Positions 63,854 to 64,000 of a stretch of DNA of 64,000 bases are shown in pieces (within the stretch, counting starts at the first letter, position 1; the number at the start of each line of letters is the position of its first letter). The position numbers were made by a program, and so were the translations under genes. Under the pieces are notes generated by a model. The model was not told where the DNA came from and made no database searches. It worked only from the letters and a program-made list of their open reading frames with translations. Source of the stretch: Heptranchias perlo (lineage: Eukaryota); the NCBI RefSeq assembly GCF_035084215.1, contig NC_090356.1:10664001-10728000 (forward strand). The letters run 5' to 3'.

Positions 63854-63871
63854 CAGCGCCATCTCCTGCAC
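63854..63871 (-). promoter_or_regulatory. Candidate CTCF site
   Basis: Minus strand GTGCAGGAGATGGCGCTG has one mismatch to CCASNAGRKGGCRS. Confidence 0.4.
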
Positions 63872-63960
63872 CGATGTGACATTTCCCTCTCCACCTTGTC
63901 TATCTCTGAGATTGTTAAATTGGTGCCAATTAGGAAAGGTTCTGTGCAATTGGTACCAGG

Positions 63961-64000
63961 TCATAGAATCTTACAGCACAGAAGGAGGCCATTTGGCCCG
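63961..64000 (-). mobile_element. CR1 3' tail (runs off the window)
   Basis: tcatagaatcttacagcacagaaggaggccatttggccc. Confidence 0.85.

Overview
This is eukaryotic DNA, almost certainly from a cartilaginous fish (shark-like): the repeats match elasmobranch CR1/HER1-type LINEs, Deu-domain tRNA-SINEs (SacSINE1/AmnSINE1-like), L2 tails and Penelope-like (PLE) termini. I could not recognise any host protein-coding exon, rRNA, tRNA gene or CRISPR array, so the window looks intronic or intergenic. The only long ORF (10381-11991) is the RT half of a young, 5'-truncated CR1/L2-supergroup LINE. A decayed near-full-length CR1 lies at about 30385-33585. The main points of interest are: (1) 100-330 bp PLE-derived insertions, most carrying a minimal hammerhead-ribozyme core, three with 12-13 bp target-site duplications and two with fold-back structure; (2) local templated or inverted duplications, the largest with ~245 bp arms, one of which is inserted into a SINE; (3) a 13-copy, 26-bp palindrome-rich minisatellite abutting the young LINE tail; (4) a perfect Sox-Oct composite motif in a repeat-free block, plus CTCF-like sites. 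All coordinates, identities and family assignments are by eye and approximate; no database search was possible.
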